A stretch of 64,000 bases of DNA from Hypanus sabinus (Eukaryota), in NCBI RefSeq assembly GCF_030144855.1, contig NC_082710.1, positions 152,830,001-152,894,000 on the forward strand. The letters are read 5' to 3'. Below are positions 1 to 13,399 of the stretch, one piece after another. The position numbers were made by a program, and so were the translations under genes. Numbering within the stretch: the first letter of the stretch is position 1; each line of letters opens with the position of its first letter. The notes below the pieces were generated by a model. That model did not search any database, had not been told where the DNA came from, and saw nothing but the letters and a program-made list of their open reading frames with translations.

Positions 1-883
1 ACCAAACAAAATCAGAGGAATAAGATGCGGTATGACCGAAAGGTGAAGTTTGTCCAATTATTGCTGGGTGACCGGTCCTTTTACGGAATTTGGGACTCCC
101 CGGTAAGCACAAGTTGGCAGGTCGATGGGCGGCCACCCCCTATGTAACAGAGAACCAGATGCCGAATCTACCAGTTTACCGGGTGAAACCTGAGGATGGG
201 AATGGGCCTATCAAAGTACTCCATTGGAATCACCTGCTGCCCCTGGATCAAGTGGTGCGGGTGGACAAGGAGCCAGAGTGGGAGGCTGTGCCTAGTACAA
301 GGACTCTGTGAGGGCGCGGAGCGAGGGAAGAGGCCGCTGCTGAAGAGCGGGGATGGGTCCCTAACCCAGGAATGGATACCGATTCAGAAGCTGATGACTC
401 AGATGAGTGGCCCCTGTTCCCATTCGCTGGTGCTCCAGTACCAGAAGAGGAGGCTCCTGGCCCTTCCCATACTGAGTTGGGTGAGAGGAGGGAAGATGTT
501 TAGGGTCAGATGGAGAGGCAGCCAGCATTGGGGGAAGAGAGGGTGGAACCCAAGCATGAACCGGAGGGTTCTCAGATGAGGGGGCAACCCCGTGAGAGAG
601 GGGGTGAGGGTCTGTCAGGTAGACCTGGGGTGTGGGTTCACAGGTGAAGAGGGAGCCCAGTGAGACGGAAGGGTCAGCAGAAGGGGTACGGAGATCTCAG
701 AGAAGTAGGCGCCGCCCGGAGCAGTTGACATATGTGGTGCCAGGAGAACCGAGTGTGATTTGTACTGCTCTGGGTAGTTATGTCGCTGCTTTCTGCACCT
801 GGGTTGGGTTTTGTGTGTTGCAAGAAGCTTTGGGGAACTCTGGTAATGCCATGAGGGCATGACATTTGCTAGTGGGGGGAGAA
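1..883 (+). mobile_element. Gypsy LTR retrotransposon, 3' internal part (integrase C-terminus, 3' region, PPT)
   Basis: ORF 90..311 (LGLPGKHKLAGRWAATPYV...PVYRVKPEDGNGPIKVLHWNHLLPL) resembles the GPY/F-type C-terminus of Gypsy integrase. The purine tract AGTGGGGGGAGAA lies directly before the LTR start. Confidence 0.85.
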
Positions 884-1500
884 TGTACAATGTCCTGTGT
901 ATGTTACTCAAAATGGCTTCTTTGGTTTGTTAAGAGTAGGAATGCTTCTTTGTCCGATAAGTGTTTCTCTCGCAGTTGTTTAGCTTTGGACTTGCCGATA
1001 TGGGGATTGTATTCATTTGTTGACCAATGGGGAATGTTATTTTGTCTTGCGAGACTGGGAGCTTGGGGGTTTTTGCGGGTTTTCAGGAGAGTCTGGAAGA
1101 AGACGCTGAGGAAAGTGGATGTGCGTTGCACTGCTTGGTTGACCACCGGGGATGGTCCCAGGTGCGAAAACATGGAGGTCGGAGGGAAAGTGACGAGGGG
1201 TCAAATGGTTCAATGGTTGAGCTCCAACGATGTGCACTAAACTGACTGAACTTTGATAAATTGGCGCCTTTTGCTTTTTCTTTTCTTTCATATATATTGT
1301 ATTGCCTAGTACTCTTTTAGTTTTAGTAAACTCTTTAAAGTGTATTTCATAACGGTATCTGATGTGAATTTGATACTGTGTGCATGCGCGAGGCATAAAC
1401 TTGATTCCCACAGCATCTGTGTGTACGGGAGGTGGGGGTGGTGTGTGGCTGGATCTCATTTTCCCCTAGACATATACCAGCCTGTTGGGTGAGTGTTACA
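884..1500 (+). repeat. 3' LTR of the Gypsy element
   Basis: Begins TGTACA right after the PPT and ends TGTTACA. Shares the motif ctttgataa-ttggcgcctttt...catatata-tgtat with the reverse complement of the LTRs at 37372 and 40706. Confidence 0.75.
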
Positions 1501-1539
1501 GTTGATTCTGCGCTTCGCGCTCCCTGAAGTACAAATGTA

Positions 1540-2270
1540 AATATAATAGAAATTTAAATCATAAATCATAATTAGAAAATAGAAAAGGGAAAGTAAGGTA
1601 GTGCAAGTCAAGTCTGGATATTTGGAAGGTATGGCCCAGATCCAGGTCAGGATCTGTTCAGCAGTCTTACAGTTGGAAAGAAGCTGTTCCCAAATCTGGC
1701 CGTATGAATCTTCAAGCTCCTGAACCTTCTCCCGGAGGGAAGAGGGGCAAAAAGTGTATTGGCTGGGTGGGTCATGTCCTTGATTATTCTGGCAGCACTG
1801 CTCTGACAGTGTGCAGTGTAAAGTGAGTCCAAGGATGGAAGATTTGTTTGTGTGATGTGCTGGGCTATGTTCACGATCTTCTGCAGCTTCTTCCTGTCTT
1901 GGACAGAACAACTTGCATTCCAGGTTGTGATGCACCCTAGAAGAATACTTTCTACAGTGCATCTATAAAAATTAGTGAGGGTTTTAGGGTACAGGCCAAA
2001 TTCCTTCAGCTTTCTCAGGAATTAAAGGCATTTGTGAGCCTTCTTGGCAGTGGACTCTGCTTGGTTAGACCAAGTCACGTCATTTGTGATATTCACCCCA
2101 AGGAACTTAAAGCTTTTGACCTGTTCTACCTGCGCACCACTAATGTAGAACCCCGTACACCGGGGTTGTGCGGTCCGCTACTCCTTCTGAAGTCAACAAC
2201 CAATTCTTTCATCTTACTGACGTTGAGGGATAGGTTATTGTCTTCGCACCATGTCACCAGGTTCTTAATA
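1540..2270 (-). mobile_element. Rex1/Babar-type non-LTR retrotransposon 3' fragment
   Basis: Minus-strand ORF 1647..1874 ...ARIIKDMTHPANTLFAPLPSGRRFRSLKIHTARFGNSFFP is the typical C-terminal motif of this group. Confidence 0.65.
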
Positions 2271-2471
2271 TCTTTCCTATCTACTGCATCCTATCCCCTT
2301 ACAACTTTTCATATCTCCCTTTAATATCCTGTGCTCCTAAGAAGTAACTGCAACTGTTCAATTGTCCTCAAAAACAGAAGTACCCAGACTTTGCAGATCT
2401 TCCGTACACCCTCTCTTGTGCCGTATCATTTGTGTAGTTCACCTAACATGCCAACTTTACTTGTTGGGCAG

Positions 2472-2563
2472 GACTCAGTGAGCCCCATGGAGCAGGTCCC
2501 ATACTGCTGTTCATGGCTATGTTTGCAATGATTATTTGGAGTGATGTAGAGGAGCTGCATTGA
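2472..2563 (+). CDS. MHC class I-like paralog C, last coding exon (GLSEPHGAGPILLFMAMFAMIIWSDVEELH*)
   Basis: Preceded by acceptor ggcag and in phase 1. Homologous to 30415-30527 and 51009-51121. Followed by the same GTGGGT donor (2586) and ttttgcag acceptor (2668). The upstream exons are not in the window. Confidence 0.7.
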
Positions 2564-2668
2564 GTTAGCTAAGACAATACTGCAGGTGGGTAAACACAGA
2601 ATCATTAGCTAATCCTGTTTTCTTTTGCAGTATTGGACAACCAATCTCTTCTCAGTTTTCTTTTGCAG

Positions 2669-3230
2669 ATAAGTGTTTGGCCCTAACTCAAGCACAGCTC
2701 TGAATACAGGGTGGAGCCTCAGCCTGGTTTGGTAATGAATGGCCACATATTTCAGTATACTTAGTGTTGCATTAGTGTGGAAACTGATTACCTTAATCTT
2801 CTGCTGCTTTTCAATGCACCTTTTTACCAGTTTTAACTTTTTCTTACACCGCACTCAGAATTCAGGTTTCAGTGTTGAAATCTGAGCATCTCATTCACAA
2901 GGTCTTATGTGAGATGAGTTGCTTTCCTCAGCTTTATCTAAAACATTGATATCATATATCAGACCATTTCTGTGAAGGGCTGCGGCCAAGGAAAGTTAGT
3001 GAGACAGAGCAGAGAAAGCTTTGCTGGGTGATTGGAAGTACATCATTGGAAGTGGGAATGCTATGGACATTGGACACCCTAAAGTAATTCTTTCCTTAAT
3101 GGAGATTGGGAGGGTCCATCATTTAGCTTAAAATATGACCAGAAGCCTCTAGCTATTGGAGTAATTTGGTTTGAGATAAGAGTTGAAAATATCTGATAAT
3201 CATAAAATAATTGTAGATAGATACCTGAAT
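2669..3230 (+). other. 3' UTR exon of paralog C
   Basis: Colinear homology with 30613-31150 (gene A) and with the reverse complement of 50831-50925 plus 49850-50187 (gene B). Confidence 0.65.
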
Positions 3231-3869
3231 ATGTATGTGTGTGGCAACCTCTCTCCTTGCTTCTCCCAGAGGAAGGTTCTTGCATTCGAATGATCTATGT
3301 CTCTCCCTCAGTGCCATCAGAGGGTGGTGCCAGAGCAAGGTTAAATCAGTGCAGTTTGTGGATTGAACTCTAATTCTGGTGGGTTGTATTTTTTGTTACT
3401 TGTTTGTGTGATAGTGGTGCACATACACAAAGCAGCCTCTCAGCGGCCAACCAAAGGTGGTCTTATCTTTGTTAAATGTGTTTTTATACATTGTAAAGCT
3501 GTTCTTAACTGCAGTAACTACATGTACAGCAGGTCTACTGCATTAGTGATCTGCTCATTGTTCCGAGTAGCTGGCTGGGATGCCGTAAGTGGCGGCTGGT
3601 GGTTCAGAGAAGGTGAGTCGGTGCATTGGGCTAAGGAAGTTTTGTCAGGCCATTGGGCCAAGAGATTTCAGGCCAAGGGATTCAAGTGGAGTTGCAGGAG
3701 CTGGATTAGGTTCGGAAGAGCTGACCTGGGTGTAGACCATGCTGTTACCTGCTACTCAAAGGCACCGGATGCTTTCAAGATGACACGAAGATGCTGTGTA
3801 ATGAAATTGGCTGTATCCATGTATGGTTTGAATGACAATTAAATTTCATTTGATTTGATTTGATCTGAT

Positions 3870-4140
3870 TTTGATACCAGCACCAGGAGACATCATTTTA
3901 AGGTGAATGGAGGGAAGTTTATGGAAGATGTCAGAAGTAGTTTTTCGGAGACAGTGAATGGCGGGTGTCTGGAATGCATTGCTGGGGTGGTGGTAGATGC
4001 TGATGCAATGGGGATATTTAGAAGTCTCTTAGATAGGCAAATGGATGTAACAAAAATAGAGGATTTGATGCAGTGCTAGGAGGAAAGATTAAGACTGATT
4101 GTGCAGTACATTGTTTTTGGTCAAAACAACATCATGGGCC
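3870..4140 (+). mobile_element. CR1 LINE 3' fragment
   Basis: accagcaccaggagacat-ttttaaggtgaatggagggaagttt...ggaatgcattgctgggg...ttagataggcaaatggatg matches the CR1 3' end seen repeatedly in this window. Confidence 0.6.
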
Positions 4141-5489
4141 AAAAGGACTGTACTGTTCCATGAAACACAAGTGTAGAAATATTGCTGAACTGCTCTCTGA
4201 TCATGCAGCATTCACTTAATACAGTCTCTGACAATGCAACCATTCTCAGCATAGCACCCCCCCCAGGATGCAGACATGCAATGCTGCAACATTGCCCCAC
4301 TACCAAGTCTTTGATCATGCACTGCTCGCTCCGTGCAACAGTGCAGCTCACAAATGCTACAGTGCACCCCTAGAACCACTCCTGTCACCGCAGCATTCTC
4401 TCAGCGATGGTGGATAATTTAGTTCTGAATGTGAACCAGTGTCATTGCTCCAGTGGTGGAGACCATCACTCCAGAAGTGCAGTGTTTCCGTGTAATGATC
4501 AATTTGGATTAGACCAGATGAAAAGGAACTTCAATGGAATTAGTCCCAAATCCATGTAGCCAGACCACTCATCTCCCTGCAATCAAGGGGCAAAAAGTGT
4601 TCTGATCCATCTCTGTTTATTCAAAATGTTTGTAATTGATTTCTCAGCTCTGTTCTGTCTTCCCACTTCTATTCATAACACCACTTATCCATAGAGAGAC
4701 TGGCCCTTCAGCCTGCTGAGCCTGTGCCAACCCACTTGCTACATTTTAATCTCCGCATTTTCATGGACTCCTCTCCCTCACCCCAGATTTTCATACTCAC
4801 TCACACACTAGGAGGAACTTACAACTGTTAGCTAACCTAACAAGGAACATAAGGGACATTTCTTCCACAGGGAAGGAAACAGGAACATCTGGGGAAAACC
4901 ATTGTGGTCACAGATTTTGCACCAAAGCACAACCAGGAGAGGAAGTTATTGAGTTACACGAGGCACCTACTCCAGATAATTCAGATTTGCTCATTCTCCA
5001 TGTAACCCCTTGGAATTCTTTGGTTTGGTTTCTTCCCCCATCACAATGATGCACAGGTAGGTGCATTAAATGGCAACTCTAAATTGCCACTAGTGTCTGG
5101 GTGAGGGGCAGAATCTGAGCAGAAGATTGTGATAACATGGGGAGCATGAAATAAAAATATAGAACTAGTAAAACCAGTTGCTTGCTGGCAGTGTGGACAC
5201 TGGGCTGGATAGCCTGTTTGTCATTTTTTTGATGTTTTGCTTTTCAAACAGGCATTCAGCTTAGTTGTATCAGTTGAGTCTTTTTGTACAATTAGACTGG
5301 TAACTCCCTGTTGTTTTCTTGCACATAGACATAGACTCATACAGCACAGAACTAGACCCTTTGACCCACCAAGGTTATGCTGGCTGTCAACCACCCATTT
5401 GCTCAAATTCAACACTGATCCCATTTTGTTTGTCACACATTTCGATAATTTTCCCCAATTCCCACACATTAGAGATTATTTACAGCAGC

Positions 5490-5740
5490 CAATTTATCTC
5501 CAAACATGTTTTGTCTTTGGAATGTGGAGAGAAAAATGAAGCAGTTGGGGGAATCTTGTGGGGTCACAGAAGGAATTTGCAAACTCCTCACAGACAGCAC
5601 CAGAAGTTGGGATCAAACTTAGGTTTCTGAAGCTTTGAGGCAGTGACTCTCCCTTCTGCACCACTTTGCTGGATGAGCTTTTCTGCAAGTGAGAGTGTTT
5701 TCTGAAGGTTGCACACAGAGTGACTGATTCACATTGGACA
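5490..5740 (-). mobile_element. tRNA-derived SINE (V-SINE/HE1-like)
   Basis: Reverse complement resembles the SINE at 28930-29185 (agtttg-a-gttct, tgctccagtttcctcccaca-tccaaaga). Confidence 0.55.
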
Positions 5741-5999
5741 GCACAGTGGGTGGAGGCAAAGCAGGAGTGAAGTGTGGGAGGTAGAGTGTGTGGTTCACAT
5801 CATGAGTGGGAGAGGTAGGGGAAACAGAGTGGTACTGGAGTGAGGGTGAGAGGTGCAGAGTGAAGGAGGTAAAGAGTGACAGTGCAGGAATGAGGGTAAC
5901 AGTGAGGAGTGTGGGTGAACCTTGAGGGCAAGGATTACAGGAGATGGAGATCTACAGGAGAGTGAGGTGTCTGAGGCATATGAGAGTGAAGGATATAAA

Positions 6000-6600
6000 T
6001 TTCAATGTAAATTTATTATCAAACTAAATATTATGATACCATATATGTAGTACCTCCAGATTCCTTTTCTTGCAGGCATGAAAAGGGAAGAAAGAAATAC
6101 AATAAAAAAACAAATAAATAAACAAAACCTGACAATCAACCACTATGGAAAAGAAGTCAAACTGTAAATACAAATAATGCTGAGAACATGAGTTGTAAAG
6201 AATCCTTGAAAGTGAGTCTGGAGCTTATAAAATTAGTTCAGAGTAGTGGTGAATTAAGTTATCATGCCAATTTAGCAGCTGATGGTTGAAGGGCAATAAC
6301 TGTTTCTGCCCTGGTAATGTGAAGTCTAACGTTGTCTGTACATCCTACCCAATAGTAGTTGCAAGAAGACTGGATGGTAGGGGTTTTTGAAGATAGATAT
6401 GCTTCATTGTAACAGCTCTCCATGTAAGTGTACTGTAATCTGTATCTGTATCTGCCACTTTCAGCAGACTTTAAAGCTACTGACCCTTTGATCATCTAAT
6501 AAGGACTGGCTTGTGAACATCATGCTTCTTCCACCTGAAGTTAATAATAAACTCTTTGGTTTTACTGATGTTGAGTGAGAGATTGCTATTGTTCCCAACT
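6000..6600 (-). mobile_element. Rex1/Babar-type LINE 3' fragment
   Basis: ORF 6492..6692 contains SLNISKTKEFIINFR. The tail resembles other copies in the window. Confidence 0.55.
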
Positions 6601-9128
6601 CCTAAATCAATCCTTGCCATTCCAATTGTAAATAAATCCTGTTCCTTGGAATTTTTTTTCAATGATTTCCCTACAACTGAGATAATTACCATCAGCCTCT
6701 ACTTACTTTCCACATTCCTGGCACTTCTCTTGGATAAAAGAACATTACCTATCCTCCAGCCCTGTACTGCCTCACCCGTGGCTATCAAAAATGAAAATTT
6801 CTCCACTTTGGCCCAAACTAACTCTTTCTTTGCTTACTCTAGCATCTGAGGGTAGACCTCATCGACCTTTGAGATTTATCCACCCTTAAGCATTCCAAGA
6901 GATTTAACACTTCCTCTTGAATATTGACATGCTCCAGAATATCAATGTACCACACCCTGAGCTCACTATCTTCTACAGCTTTCTCCTTGGTAATTGGTTT
7001 ATTATCATATGTACTGACATGTATTGAAATACATTTGCTTGTGTGCCATCCAGATAGGTCATATCATTGAAGATTTTACATGTTACTATAAAAGAGAAGA
7101 ATGCAGAATATACAGCAATGTTACAGATACATAGGAAGTGTGTTATAGTTACAAATAAAGTGCATGGCTGTGGCAAGGTGGACTGAAAGATCTGGAGTTC
7201 ACCTTTAGCTGTTTTAGGTTCCCATAACCTAGTGGAGTATAATCTGCCTATTAGGAGAACGGAGACGACAGAATGACCAATTTGGGAGGGAACTTTTAAA
7301 CATTTGTTGGCTTCTTTCCTGAGGCAGTGAGATTGGTTTTAGTTGTAGATTGGCCTGTTTACAACTCTCTGCAATTTCTTGCAGTCTTGGGTAGAGCAAA
7401 GAATTAGGATGCTTTCTATAATCCTATAAAAATTGGCCATGGGGAAATGATAAACTTGGTGTATACAGACAAGAAGCATTCATTTTTAACCCTGGGCACA
7501 TCCCCTGACTGCACACATTAATAACCCTTTGGCCTTTAAAAGGAATATTCTTTATCTAATTACATTTTTGCTTCTAATATATTGCCTTGGGATTCTCCTT
7601 AATCTTTCCTGCCAGAGCCTCTTTTGTCCTCCCAATTTCTTCATTAAGTTTCCTCCTACAATCTTGATATTCCTCAAGGAACTCACTTGTATTCAGATGT
7701 CTATTCCTATCACATACCTTTTTTTTCATCAAACATTTAATATCACCTGTTCACTGGAGTTCTCGTCCTTGCCTTTATGTACTCTGTATCCTCATCTGTC
7801 AGGTGTCATTTAACTTGCAAGGATTTGCTGCCAATCTACTTTTGTGACATCCCCACTTATACTATTCAGATCAAACTTCTACCAATTTAGGACAGGATAT
7901 CAGTTGTGGTTGAAACCTGGAAAGTATGGCACATTGGGGAAGAGGGAAGAATGTGGCAGGTTAGGTGGTGGGAATGGGACTACAGTAGGAGGAAGAACAC
8001 CCTATGGATCGTCAAGGGAGAACCAATGGGGAGTGCGAGAGCACAGGGAGGGAAAGTCAAGGTCATACAGCATGAAACAGGCCATTCAGTCCACCATGTC
8101 CATGTCAACCAGTGAGTGCCCTACCTTATTAAACTGATCTTCCAACAATTGTTCCTTTGTCTTCTGCAGCTGGGAGATACACGTTTGTCCAGATGCAACT
8201 TCAGTGCTGTCAGTGATTCTGCTTCCAGAACTAACTGGGAATGTGTTCCAGATACTCACTGCTCTCTGGATGAAAATTTTTTTCATCTAAGTCTTTTCCT
8301 TATTACCCAAGTTGATCACCTCTATAAATACCTGTGACACGAGGAGTACAGTCTTGTACTCTATCTATACTCAATGTAATTTCAGGACCCCTCTAACCAG
8401 TCTCTGTCCTAGGGAGAACAAACCCAGCCTCTCTAGTCTCTTCTCATAAATCAAATATTCCAGGATGCATCTCTTCTCTATCCTCTATACTGTTTGCATA
8501 TCCTTCTTGTAATGTAGAACTGCACGCAGAGGGAGGAGAGAGCACACGGTGTGGTCAACAGTGCATGAGGGAGGGAAGGGATGCATGAATGAATGTGGGA
8601 GACTATATGGGTGGGTGGGGGGAATTGGAGAAAGAGCGTGCAGGGTCAGAGAGTGCTTGGGTGGCACATCATTCATGTGCATGAATGATGAACGTGCATG
8701 TAGGAAAAGGACAGGGTGGAGTGTAGGCAAGTGAGGAATGAGGGGAGGGAGAGGGATAGGGTGCAGAGTGGGGAGCAATGATTTTGCAGGGAAGTCCGCA
8801 CTGGCATCTGGCAGTTTGTTGTACAAAAGTGTAGTCCTAGTTGTCCAGGAGTGGGGGCACAAGTGATGAGATCCGAAGAATCGAGTGGATAGAGACTCGT
8901 GAGTATACAGACACTGGAATTAGAGCAGAAACTAAAATTCTGGGTGATCTTGTGTGGGCAGTCGACATTTTGGAATCCTATCTCTACTCTCAGTCCTTCT
9001 CCTAGATGGCTACCTGCCCTTTACCCTTCCAGTCTAGATGAAGTGTCTTGACCCAAAATGTCTCTGTGCATTGCCCTCCATAGATGCTGCCTGACCCACT
9101 GAGTTCTTGCATCTGTTTTGTTTTACAG

Positions 9129-9209
9129 CAGGGGTTCCCAACCTGGGGTCCATGGACCCCTTGCTTAATGGTATTGGTTGGTGGAATTAAAAAGATTGGG
9201 AACCCCTAT
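9129..9209. mobile_element. Short hAT-like MITE
   Basis: Terminal inverted repeats CAGGGGTTCCCAA...TTGGGAACCCCT(A) about 80 bp apart, roughly 400 bp upstream of the gene A start codon. Confidence 0.55.
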
Positions 9210-9479
9210 TTTATACAGTGGCTGGAGATGGTTTGTGGTGAGCATCCACTGGGAGGATCCTGGAAATGGCACGCCCAGAGATGTGTCAGCGACTGGTGTT
9301 GCTGCCTGTGCTTCTCTGTTGCTGGCTGCAGATGTCCACATCCTTATTGGAAGTGGTTTGGCTTCGCACCCTGCAGCTGCACATCCTGTTCCTGGCCAGC
9401 TGTCTACTGCCCTGCCTCCCTCCCTCCACACTCCAGAGCAGCAGCGGGGCCAGTTATTTCTGCAGGAAGATTTTTAGTT

Positions 9480-9609
9480 ACATTAGTTCTTACTGGCTGT
9501 ACCTTGTAGGGAGCAGTATTTATCCCTGAACTGCCTCTGTGAATTTTATCTGCGCCCTCAGCAGTGTATTGGCCAACGAGAGGATTTGTCGAGGTGAGGA
9601 GACACTGCA
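9480..9609 (+). promoter_or_regulatory. Candidate proximal promoter / 5' UTR of gene A
   Basis: Lies immediately upstream of the signal-peptide exon and is locally richer in CpG. Contains TATTTAT (9517-9523) and ATTGG (9568-9572). Positional inference only. Confidence 0.3.
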
Positions 9610-9685
9610 ATGGAGAGTCGGAACGGACCAAGATTGCTCCTTTTCACCATATTGTCTCTCTGCTCTGTTGCGGGAAGCCAGGCAG
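9610..9685 (+). CDS. Gene A exon 1, signal peptide (MESRNGPRLLLFTILSLCSVAGSQA)
   Basis: ATG followed by a basic n-region, hydrophobic core and small-residue cleavage site. Strong donor CAG|GTAAGG in phase 1 joins alpha1 in frame (G+TC = V, then SHSL). Confidence 0.8.
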
Positions 9686-10199
9686 GTAAGGCAAGGGTGT
9701 GTGATCGTTTTAAAGGTCTGGGGTTGTGTTTTGGAAACTTACCCCTAATCTTCGAGAGATCCCAGGTGTACCCCCATTAGACTGGAGAACTGGAGTGCAT
9801 CGCACTCATGTGTCCTACAGAGGAAATCCAAGATGCTGGGGAATTTCTGGACTCGGTAAGTTTGGGATAAAATTACCACTGAAAATGTTCAACTGGCGTT
9901 TGAGATCTGTCGCGGGTTCCAAAAAGTCTTTTTTTCTCTGTGAAGTTTAACGGTGGTTGGCAGACCAACATAAGGTGCATTATCACCACCTACTGAATTG
10001 GGGTGTGAAGTTAGGGACAGGAATACACACGCACTCACACGCACACACACACTCACCAAGAAAACCTCAAATAATATCAAGAAGTCTGATGCTCATTACA
10101 ATGAAAGTCAATGCTCACTTAAGCACATGAGATGGCAGTGGTATCATAACAAACTTTCCATGTTCACCAGTGTGCCAAAGATGGCAATTCAGCAATAAG

Positions 10200-13120
10200 A
10201 TGTTTCCTCTCCACTTCTTAGGAACTACATTCAAACAATGTATGCTGCGCTGTTTCTTGACAAATACACTCACTGCAGATGCCAATATCGTGCATATTAT
10301 TTAATGTAGTATGTCCAATATGTAACTAAGTATGACTTCTTTCCTTTTATACCTATCGCCTAGTTGAGTTCCCACCATCCTCTGAATTTTATATAAAAGT
10401 CGGTGTTTTATTCGTTATCCCAACTAAAAAGGTACTTCACCCATTTCTCCCAGTAATAGTGGCATTTGGGAGATCTAATAGTACCACAACATAATCTGAA
10501 TGCTTGAGCTTGAACTTTATCTAGAGTCTTTAAGACTGCTGGTCTTGCTGACCCATAAGCAAACACATCCATAATCAAAGACAGATCTGATTAAAGCAAT
10601 GTACATTTGTTTAAGTGACCTCCTATTCACACCCAACTAAGCAACTGAGCACATTAACAACATTTCTCTGGAATTTTATTCACATGCACTTGTATCCATC
10701 TACATACCTACCACAAACATAAACTTCACCAGTATCTCTTGTTTAAGAGATGTAATATATAACTTGAGATCATGACTAGGTGTAATGTTCCTTTCAGAAA
10801 AACAAATAAATTTAGACTCTGCAAGAAAAAATTTAAACACACACTGACATCACCAGTTTTTCTACTTCATTAGTAGCTCCCTGCATTTTTCTAACTCTAT
10901 AATTTATATTCTTGCCCCTCTTCCACACTGTACCATTCCATCATCCGCATTTAATGATATTGAAATATTTAAGCCAACAATTAAGATAACATTAATCATA
11001 ATAAAAATGAGTGGGGTCTCATTCTCTATTTCATACTCCTGAAAGAATGATATTTCTACCCTAACTTGTAACTCCATATCATATAAGATATCTACCACTT
11101 ATTCCCATCTTTTCCAGTTTAAGCAGCAATCCTTGCGTCCGTAACAAATAAGCTCTCTCCAAATCAAAGAAAACTGTCACCACTGGTTCTTTATTAACTT
11201 GGGCCTTATGAATATCAAATTCCAAACTTAATACCAAGTCCATCCTCATTCTTTTTTACAAAGTCCAGATGGGTATACAGCCTATAGGAATCCATGCGAT
11301 AACTATTTGTTCCATTATCTTACATGTGAAATTAGCAAAGTAGGTCTATATGATAATAATAAATACTTTATTGATCCCAAGAAGAAGGGAGTTCTTCCTT
11401 TACATTATCACCGTTTGAAAACACACAGCAGTGTGCAGAATAATGTACAGAATAATAATATACCAATGTGCAATAAAATGCAATAATAATGTACAGAATA
11501 ATAAAGCAGAGACTAATGTACTAGGATGAGTGTTCTGTTGCATACAGATGAACTGTTGTATATTGCATTCGGTAGGAAAAATTTTCTGTAACAATCCTTA
11601 TGACAGCAGAGCTGAATGAGTCTATTCAAACAGGTGCTCTGTTGCTTATTCTGTAGATCATGGAGAGGATGTGCCAGATTGTCCATAATGGATAACAGTT
11701 TGTTTAGTGACCTCCTCTCCACTGTTAACTCAAAAGGGTCTGGATTGTAGCTAAGGGTGGATCCAGGCTTTCTGATGAGTTTATTTAGTCTTTTTGCATT
11801 ACCAGCACCGATGCTGCTCCCGCAACATAAAGCAGCAAAGGAGACCTGCTACAACAGACTGGTAAAAGATCTCCAGTATCCTGCTGCAGACACTGAAGGA
11901 TCTCAGCTTCCCTAAATTTCAACCACAATTGACTCATAAACAACCCCAGACTCCAAAAGTCTACTGGATCTGATATCCCATTTTTGAACAATGTAGCCAC
12001 TCCTCCATTGCGCATTTTCTGATCATGGCTTGTGTTAACATAACAAGATTTCAACCAGGCTTCAATAAATTTCTTAACATCTTGACGATTAGTTAACAGG
12101 TTTCTAGAATTGCATTGTAAGATTAAAAAGCCATTAACAACTCTCCTTTGAAATGTGAACATTTTTACTCCTTGAAAGACATCATTAATAGCTTCTGGAG
12201 TCTTTTATCTCAATGTTTTTCTTCTGCTTTTCACATAATTTTAATATTTTGTCCTATTTTAGTTTGTGCTGTACAATTTACCATATCTGCCATGAGAGTT
12301 TTATCAACAATCAGAGAATCCTTCGTTATACAATTATGCACTTTACACAATTCCATTAAACTATCTGCATTCTGGATATTAATAGATCCCATTGACACTG
12401 TCTTCTATACTTTCTGCAGAGCCTCTGCATGTGATATGCCTATTTTCACCCAAACATGCTGCCACTTCCATTGCATTATGCAGGACATCCTGGATAATGA
12501 GGGCTATGTTTTCCTCCACAGTTGCTACAATTTAGCCTAATGCTTTTTCCACAATTGCCATAATCACCACATCTACCACACTGCTTTTTACCCTTACACA
12601 CTGCTACTACGCGACTGAACAAGTTTTAACTTGGCCATGGATACATCTAGAGGTACTCCAGAGATTACACCCCAAAGCCGTTGTGTATAATTACTTGGTG
12701 TTATTTTCTTCCTCCCACTGCTTTTAACCCCCAAAGTTTTCTCACATTGCTTTCTATCTTTGTAATATCTCTTTAAAGTTTGTGCATGCACAATATTTCA
12801 CAATTTTTCAAATCCTTAGTACTATGATTGAATTTATATTGGAAACAGATCCACATTCAAAACTCAACAAAACCTTGTACTCTTCCTTCCTTATTTAAAT
12901 CCTGTCTGCTGCCTTCATCACTGGAAGATAAGCCTCTACCATCTTCAATCAGCTATTTATTTTTCAGTTTCCCAGAGTTCTGCCATTTGCCTGCCTCTAT
13001 ACACCTCCCAGTTGCTATCTCCGAGGTCCCTGTTACTTCCAGCCATCTCTACCCCCTCCTGCCTGACAGAAAACTCCCAACAGTGGACTTAGTCCATTGT
13101 TTCAACCCCAGTCAGCTTAA
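10200..13120 (-). mobile_element. Old degenerate Nimb/I-clade LINE (ORF1, endonuclease start, RT), interrupted at 11350-11905
   Basis: Minus-strand motifs: GVISGVPL (ORF1), LILQCNSRNLLTN (EN start), VFFDLERAY and ADDG (RT), AYGSARPAVLKTLDKVQAQAFRLCCG. Confidence 0.65.
11350..11905 (-). mobile_element. Rex1/Babar-type LINE fragment nested in the Nimb copy
   Basis: ORF 11513..11722: RRSLNKLLSIMDNLAHPLHDL...NRLIQLCCHKDCYRKFFLPNAI. Confidence 0.6.
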
Positions 13121-13399
13121 TTAGCTTGGTGGATGACTTGCGAGCATATGCAAACCTTCGCAGCCCCTCAGATGCCCAAAGGTGACAGCCGCATCACCTT
13201 AACACAGACATCACACTAAAACAATCTGATCTTAATTGCCCCATTAAGGAAATGGGGCATCACCAAGGAAATAAATCTTTTTCGACACAAATACCCCACC
13301 CTCCTCATTGGTCTGCATGGATATAATGGACCGAATGGCCTGTCTTTGTGCAGTCTGGCTATATGATGCTGAGAACTTTACCTTCATTCGTCAAAAATG

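Noticed and set aside
8520-8810. ORFs over GA/GT-rich sequence (also 5750-5990)
   Set aside because: Low-complexity purine-rich tracts produce spurious open frames.
9480-9609. Classical MHC SXY/ISRE promoter module
   Set aside because: Only an isolated ATTGG and a TATA-like word are present, in non-canonical order. No convincing X box or ISRE was seen.
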